Source: Salpingoeca rosetta
Taxonomy: Eukaryota > Protista > Choanoflagellata
DNA: 64,000 nucleotides
Direction: 5' to 3'
Assembly (NCBI GenBank): GCA_033442325.1
Contig: JAWQFM010000011.1
Coordinates: 136,116-200,115 of the forward strand
Positions 57,062 to 64,000 of the stretch are shown piece after piece. The stretch's first letter is position 1, and each line of letters starts with the position of its first letter. The translations under genes and the position numbers were made by a program. The notes under the pieces are model-generated. The model had not been told where the DNA came from. It saw only the letters and a list, made by a program, of their open reading frames with translations, and searched no databases.

Positions 57062-58242
57062 GTGTGTGTGTGTGTGTGTCTGTACCAACTGCCGTCTCTC
57101 TCTCACTTGCCCCTCACTTGACACATCCTCGCACGCACACCCCTTTCCCAAACATACCACAGGCAACGCGGCAACCGAGGTCTGGTGCTGACGTTGCACC
57201 CAAAGTTGGAGCACCACGGCTTGGTGGCCTTCGTGGATGTCAACAACTTGGAAACAGGCGTCAACTTCAAGCACGCGTGCTTGACAGCTCTTCAGCACAG
57301 CGTGGTCGCCTGCCCCGTTTTGTCTGTCGCTGCAATCCATCAGATGCGCTCGCTCGGCGACACTGACACGTGCGACAACGTGTTGCTGGAGTGGATGGCA
57401 ATGTTGGAGCTGCAGCAGCTGGCGCACAAGCACCCAGACAAGATCCGCCTCCGTCGCATCGTCCCTCTCTTTCTTGGCAGCGGCTGGCACGACAGCAACC
57501 ATACCATGAGTGTGGCGTCGGCGAGCGAGTACGATTCGCCCGAGTACATGAAGCGGCTGGCAGAGTCGCTGCCGGATGTTGTGAGTGAGAAGACTGCAGC
57601 ATCCCTCGATCAGTTCTTCACGCAGGTGCTGCACCTGCCGCCACCACAACAGCACAAGACCGTGCGCGAGACTGTGCTGTCTCTGTTTGACATTGACGGC
57701 GTCATGTCCTTTCAACGCCGAGTTGACCGAGGAGCGGATGCGGCAAGGTTTGCAGAGCAAGTGCGCCAAGTTGTCTCGGCTGGAAGCAGTAGCCGAGGTG
57801 TGCAGCGGCCCACCCAAACGTCGCAAGAAGCAACATCGTCGCTCCCTCCGTCAACCCAACCGGTATTGAGAGTGAGATATGGAGTATGCGTTATGTTTGA
57901 GCACTGCCGTTGTCTGTACTGTGAACACATACCCATGCTTTGCCTCACCTTGGCTGCCCAACCCTTCTTCGTGCATCTTTGTTTCGTTGTCCTCACAACT
58001 CTTGCCTGCAGGCACCTGCTGACGTGTCCACACTGTCTGCCGATCTCCGTGAGTGGCTGCAATCCGCTGACCTCCTGGCCAAAGTTGGGCCCGCCCTCAT
58101 TGGTGTTGGGGTGGAGAAAATGGACGACCTTGGCCGAGCAATGCGGTTGATGGGGGATGACTTCAAGGCAGAAATGAAGGCTGCTGGTGCCAAGCCGTTT
58201 CACGTTGCCTGTCTTCTTGAAGCCTTTGAAGCGGAGCAATGA
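50608..58242 (+). CDS. Roco-family protein: degenerate Rab-like GTPase + ankyrin repeats + Roc + COR + TIR + SAM-like (about 1,550 aa, 17 exons)
   Basis: Phase-compatible GT-AG exons: 50608-50639, 50942-51026, 51181-51213, 51328-51375, 51540-51635, 51867-52232, 52406-52504, 52643-52741, 52996-53073, 53241-53372, 53527-53625, 53846-54049, 54232-54471, 54704-55281, 55452-57005, 57163-57862, 58012-58242. Rab: FKILLVG, LIGNKCDL, FFETSAKTGENV. ANK: GWTALHYAA, TPLHVAC. Roc: KLNLVGQGRAGKTT, FDLGGQSTFYIFHPFFLT, PVLIVGTFAD. COR: VILSPQW, YLVPAILP, FPEGLF. TIR: YDVFISYR, DNVLLEW. Confidence 0.85.
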
Positions 58243-58484
58243 GGCTCTTGCTCGTGCATGGTTTAGTGGCGTTTGTTGCTGTTCCTTTTGCTCGCAAGCT
58301 TGCATGTTCATCACGATGCTGCCTTGCTTGCTTGCCCTCGTGTTGCGATCAGATCATTGTGTTTGTGTGTTTGAGCACCTTCCTGTGCATCGCTAGATCA
58401 GTGGCACATTCCGTACACTCACTTCAGTCAGCTCCTGCTTTCTCGCCTTGCATACACTGTTCGCGCACACTCTGAATCACCTTA

Positions 58485-58558
58485 TTGTTGTTGTTGTTTT
58501 GAAGTTGTTGTCGTTGTTGTTGTTGCTGCTGCTGTTGTTGCTGCTGCTGCTGCTGTCG

Positions 58559-58642
<84 letters not shown>
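58485..58642. repeat. (GTT)n/(GCT)n trinucleotide tract between convergent 3' ends
   Basis: Long gtt/gct run between the Roco stop and the TPC stop. Confidence 0.9.
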
Positions 58643-58810
58643 CATTTGATGTGACATGCATTGAAATGAACGTTTTTCCAAATGCACAACAGCAAGTTCA
58701 AGAAGACCTATTCCAGAAAGCAAAGTGCGATGCGCACACATACGCATTACACATACAGACACAACTACAAGTTCACACAAGCAAATAACAGCTGCGATTC
58801 CTGTTTGTGA

Positions 58811-58993
58811 TTATTCGAGTGCGAGCACGTCAAGTGGCACAAACAGGTCCTCCATCTCCACGCGAACTTCGCCAGAGGACATTTGATCCTCCCGTATCCA
58901 ATCCTTCAAGTCGTTTGCATCTGGCGTGCATGTGTGTGTGTGTGTGTGTGTGTTCGTGTTAGTGTGTGCGTGCGCATGATAGTGCGTGTGTTG

Positions 58994-59042
<49 letters not shown>

Positions 59043-60139
59043 CACGTGATGCAACGAGCAATTGACAGCACGTCATGCGAGCATCTCCACAGCACGCCAA
59101 CCGAGCATCTCCACAGCACGCAACGCGAGCATGTCCACAGCACGCCAAGCGAGCATGTCCACAGCACGCCAAGCGAGCATGGCCACAGCAGCACCACCAC
59201 TACCACAACTTGATAACGTACAGAGGAGGTCGTAGAGTGCCGTGTCCTTCTTGACTGCGCGGAAGTGCACAATCTCCGATTGCAGCGCAGGGTTGTCTTC
59301 AGACAAGAACTGTGTTGTATGATGATGATGATGATGACGACAATGGTGATTGGGCACGTGGTGGTGAGGTGGAACAAGAAGAAGGCGGTGGGAGGCGTGA
59401 GTCACTTTGATGACAGCATGTCCAATCAAAGCACACGCAAGCGCTGCTGCTCGTCTTACCACCATGTCGCACTCCCTCCTTCCCAACACACACACACACA
59501 CACACACAGAGCATTTCACTCGTGCTCACCTCGGCTGCTACGCTTCGCGGAACAGAGACCTCCAGCACCCGCAGCTTGTAGTTTGACGAATCCTGACACA
59601 CGCACGCAAACACAACATGGTCAGCAGTGCGTGCGTGTATATGCGCATATGTGCGTGTGTATGTGCATGTGTGTGTGTGTGTGTGTTGGTTGCATGTGAC
59701 AAGATTGGTGTTGCTGATCTCACCGGGTCTTTCGACGTTCGCTTGTCATACAACACTTGAAAAGCTGTTGATGCAGATGGAAGGTGGAATGTGAGGCGGA
59801 TGGCTTGCCAACGACTCACACACACACACAGACACACACAGACACAGACACACACAGACACACACACACACAGACACACACACACACACAAAACGCACGC
59901 ACCGTCGAGGACGAATGCAACGACGACATTGCTGACGACAATAACGGTGAGGAGATAATAGACGAAGAAGAACACGCGCGAAGCGGTTTGGTTTGTTGCA
60001 CACACGTGCGCCTCCATCTGAAACCGCCAAAAAACGACAGCCGTGAGTGCGCGGACCATGGGGTGCATCGTGCCAGTCCTTCATGTCCAGGCGTACACGT
60101 TCACGCAGCAATGCATTGCCCCAGGTTCGCCGATGGACG

Positions 60140-60183
<44 letters not shown>

Positions 60184-61406
60184 ATGCACGCACCGTGATT
60201 TGCCAGTTGTTGACGACCATGAGCATGAAGAGCGTGTTGTACGCAAGGAGGACATTGTCGAAGGACATGAGCTGGAAGTTGAGCCCACCAATGGATGTGT
60301 TACGGACAAGATAGTTGTCCAGGTGGCACGTGCGTGTGTCGCACGTGCCATTGTCGCACGGTCCCACGGGGCACTCGTCATTGTCACACTGCGACACGGT
60401 GTCATGGAACACTGCAGTGTGGGTGTGCAAGTGCGTGTGCAAATGGGTGTGTGTGTGTGCGCGAAAAGTGAGAAGAACGAGCAGTTGCCAACGACCACAC
60501 ACACACACACACACAATCCTCCCCCCCCCCAACACACACTCACACGCACAGCGCACCTGCCATGCCGATGGTTGCGAAGAAGTAGTAGACGCACAGCAGC
60601 GCAATGAAGAAGCGGGCCGCTTTCGGGTACAAGTACACAATCACTTCCACAATCTACAACGTGTGTGCGTGTGTGTGTTGTGTGGTTAAGGTGAGGTGGG
60701 GTAGACTTGACGTATGCAAGCTGGTGCAACGTCACACCACGCTAGCACGGAAAACAAGATCCAACCACACTCATCCACACACACACACGCACACATGCAC
60801 ACACACACACCTGTTTGAACGTCTTGTGTGTCCTGAAGATTCGGGCGAGGCGGAATGCACGTGCGATGGTGATGTAGATGCCAATGTCCGATTGGTTCGC
60901 CGCCAACTCAATCACAGCCAGCGACACGCTCACCGTCACAATCACAAAGTCAAACATGTTCCACCCATCTTGGAAGTACGCCTGTGTGTGTGTGTGTGTG
61001 TGTTTGGGAGGGATATGAGGGTGGGTGGATACGAGAGCAACAGAACAGAATGGTGTGCGTGGTGGTTACTGGTTGTTGATTGCAAACGTATGTTCAGACA
61101 TGCACAGGAAGCAAGGCCATGGAAAACACGCACGCCCTCCCCCAACCCACACACACAGACACAGACACACACACACACACCTTTGAACCAAAGCCGATGA
61201 GTTTGATGATGACTTCGAACAAGAAGAAGAACGAAAACAGCAGCTGATACTTGCTCTGTCATGCACGGCGACAACATGGCACGACAAGGTGAGGCGCAGA
61301 CGAAGGTGAGCAATAGGGCGTGTGTGAACGAGCGACTAGAACAACCCAAGGTTGTACACGCTCACACACGCACGCACACACACACACACAACCACAGGCA
61401 CGCACG

Positions 61407-61446
<40 letters not shown>

Positions 61447-62210
61447 CACACACACGCACGCACGCACGCAAGCACACGCACACACGTACGCACCACAGGG
61501 GTTTCGGGTCCCGAGTGGAGTGCAGCCTCCACCACGACGTAGATGAGGTTGGCCAAGATGACAGAGTTGATGAAGTGGTCAAACAGGCGGTACGACACCA
61601 GCTCGCGGATCTCTGTTGCGGAGGACAACGCGTCGTACATGTGAGCATGGGTATGGGGGGGGGGTGAGACGGAGAGCGCGAGCGCGCGTGTGTGCGCGTG
61701 TGTGCGCGTGTGTGAGGATGTGTATGCGCGTGTGTATGCGTGTACGGTATGCAACACTGAGACGGTGAAAACAGCGACGCCAATATTCATCCCATCAAAA
61801 CAAACAAACACACCAAACAATCGCATTACGTACTGAGTCTCCATTTGGACCAGCCTTTGGTCGGGGCGTATGTGTACTCGTGGCCAATGGTCTTGATGTA
61901 ATCAATGCGCCATCGCAGCTCGCACACCTCAAAGAAGCGGTAAAACTCCTCCTTGCTCACATACCCGTCAATGGTCTGACGTGACACGCAACAAGAGGGG
62001 GTGGTGGTGGTGGTAATGGTGGTGGTGGTGATGGTGGTGGTGGTGATGGTGGTGTTGGTGGTGGTGGTGGTGGTGGTGATGGTAGGTGTTGTGGTCACGA
62101 TTGTAAACAGTGGTACCGGAGCGAGTTACATCCATGGCATATATCAGGATTCCACTGAAACAAACCAGCTCACTCAAACACACACACACACACACAAGCT
62201 CTTGCAACGT

Positions 62211-62243
<33 letters not shown>

Positions 62244-62363
62244 CACACGCACAGACACAAACACACACACACACACACTTGAGCACACACCCTGTCGAGC
62301 ATGTTGAAGGAGAGGACGATGTCGCGCTGCTTGATGCGCGGATCGTAGCGCCGCACGATCCGC

Positions 62364-62432
<69 letters not shown>

Positions 62433-63780
62433 CGTCGTCGTCATACGTTGGCGAATGTTGGCATGTGTTTGTTTGTGGTGGCAGTGTGCATGAATTCTCG
62501 AGCCATGATAAACAAAGCAACAGGATCCACATCATCCACATCATCCACATCATCATCATCATCATCATCCTCATCATCATCATCATCACACAACCACAAA
62601 AGCATTCATGCCCCCCCCCAAAACCAAACACCACCACCGTCACCACCCACCAACTGCGTGCGTCACCTCGTATGCTGCAAGGTTGATGCCCCCCTCATCG
62701 GCCTGCAGGGCCTGGTCGTACGCCAAGCGCACGGCCTGGCGGCGGTGCAGGAAGATCGAGCGGTACTTGCGCTTCTCCGTCACCTGGTAGAAGTCAAACA
62801 CTGCACGCGCACGGTTGCGAGTTGGTTGGTGTTGGTTGTTTGGTGTTGGTGGTGGAGGGGAAGGGTGTGAGGCGGTGCGTACGCACACACCCACTCTCTC
62901 TTTCCGACTCTCTCTCTCTGTCTCTCTCTGTCTCTCTCTGTCTCTCTCTGTCTCTCTCTGTCTCTCTCTGTGCTGTCTTTCAACATCTCTTGTACTCGTT
63001 CCCTACCCTCTTGTCACCACCCTAGTATCACCACCATCTACGCCCCCCCCCCTCTCGCGACGACCGCAACGCACCAAAGGCGAGGAAGATGTTGGAGATG
63101 GTGTAGAGGCCGAGAATCAGGAACAGCACGAAGAAGATCGGCGCATAGCTTGAATACGTAAACGCTGCACACATGCACACGCACACACGCACACACGCAC
63201 GCATGTGAATGTGTCAGTGGTGGTGTGAGCGATGAAGCAAAACACAATGCCCACGCATCAAACAACATGTCCAAACAACAAAACAAATAAAACATGCAAA
63301 ACGTCACAAGAACACATTCAAAGGACTCAAGCAAGCCAAAACAACACCACCACCACCAACAACAACAACACCACCAACAACAACACCAACACCGCCAAAA
63401 CACACCACCACTCACCCGGCATCATGACGTCTGGGTAGTTTGCGGTGGTGACGAGGACAAAGAGGTTCACAAAGCTCTTCTCAAGGTTCACAAAGTTTGG
63501 CTCGTCCGGGTTTGGCGAGAAGAAGTAGTACGCTGGCAGTGCGTGTGTGAGTGAGCGAGCGTGTGTGTGTGTGTGTGTTGAAGTTGGCAGTGAGAGCAGC
63601 AAGCAATCCTGGCATCATCATACACAAACACCCTATCTCCCCCCCCCAGCTCATTCACACACACAAACAACCCCCCACCCACACACACACCGAGTACGGA
63701 GGAGATGAGGATGAAGAGGAGGAGGAGCACGGTCATCCAGCGGATGTACCACAGCGACTGCACAATTTGCCGCAGCACCC
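58811..63780 (-). CDS. TPCN1: Two-pore channel (TPC1-like), partial; 5' part lies beyond the window
   Basis: Pore [20 protein letters not shown], linker [32 protein letters not shown]3/S4 [11 protein letters not shown]...RAFRLARIF, pore [24 protein letters not shown]6 [14 protein letters not shown]. Stop at 58813-58811. The paralogue assignment is less certain than the family. Confidence 0.88.
59085..59190. repeat. 24-bp intronic tandem repeat (about 4 copies) in the TPC gene
   Basis: Variants of cagcacgccaagcgagcatgtcca in tandem. Confidence 0.8.
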
Positions 63781-63909
63781 TGGCACGCGGTGGAGGGGTG
63801 CGCGCGGCATGACGGGCGTGTGAGTATGTGGATGCACTCGAAATGACACAGCAGGCAAATCACATCACAGCAACACATCACACAACAAACATGATCACAC
63901 AACAAGGTT

Positions 63910-63941
<32 letters not shown>

Positions 63942-64000
63942 CCACCACACACACACACATACCACCCACCACACACACACACACACCACACAACACCACC

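Noticed and set aside
58424-58780. Poly-Q / poly-L ORFs
   Set aside because: A (GTT)n tract in the 3' UTR or intergenic region between convergent genes.

Overview
Eukaryotic, very intron-rich DNA with (GT)n/(AC)n microsatellites in most introns and three N-gaps. The style and gene set fit a choanoflagellate such as Salpingoeca rosetta (inference, not verified). Most entries in the ORF track are microsatellite artefacts, so real genes had to be spliced by hand. In order: a tandem-RING/coiled-coil TRAIP-like E3 ligase (-), cullin-1 (-), RPL7 (+), a PPM1A/B-like PP2C phosphatase (-), a divergent Integrator subunit 2 (+), NAA30/Mak3 (-), GPN3 (+), an unrecognised small protein with a probable mitochondrial presequence (+), a LIN54/tesmin CXC protein (+), WDR60/DYNC2I1 (-), an SLC35E1-like transporter (+), a 17-exon Roco-type gene (+), and a two-pore channel (-, 5' end outside the window). 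The standout is the gene at 50608-58242. It splices into one open frame of about 1,550 aa with the order degenerate Rab2/14-like GTPase, ankyrin repeats, Roc, COR, TIR (catalytic Glu position kept), SAM-like. It is a candidate guard/decoy-type innate-immune or cell-death receptor. Other notable items are a required 5-nt microexon, an intronic minisatellite made of tandem decoy splice acceptors, and a plant-like EF-hand loop in the two-pore channel. Homology calls rest on motif recognition from memory, not on database searches.
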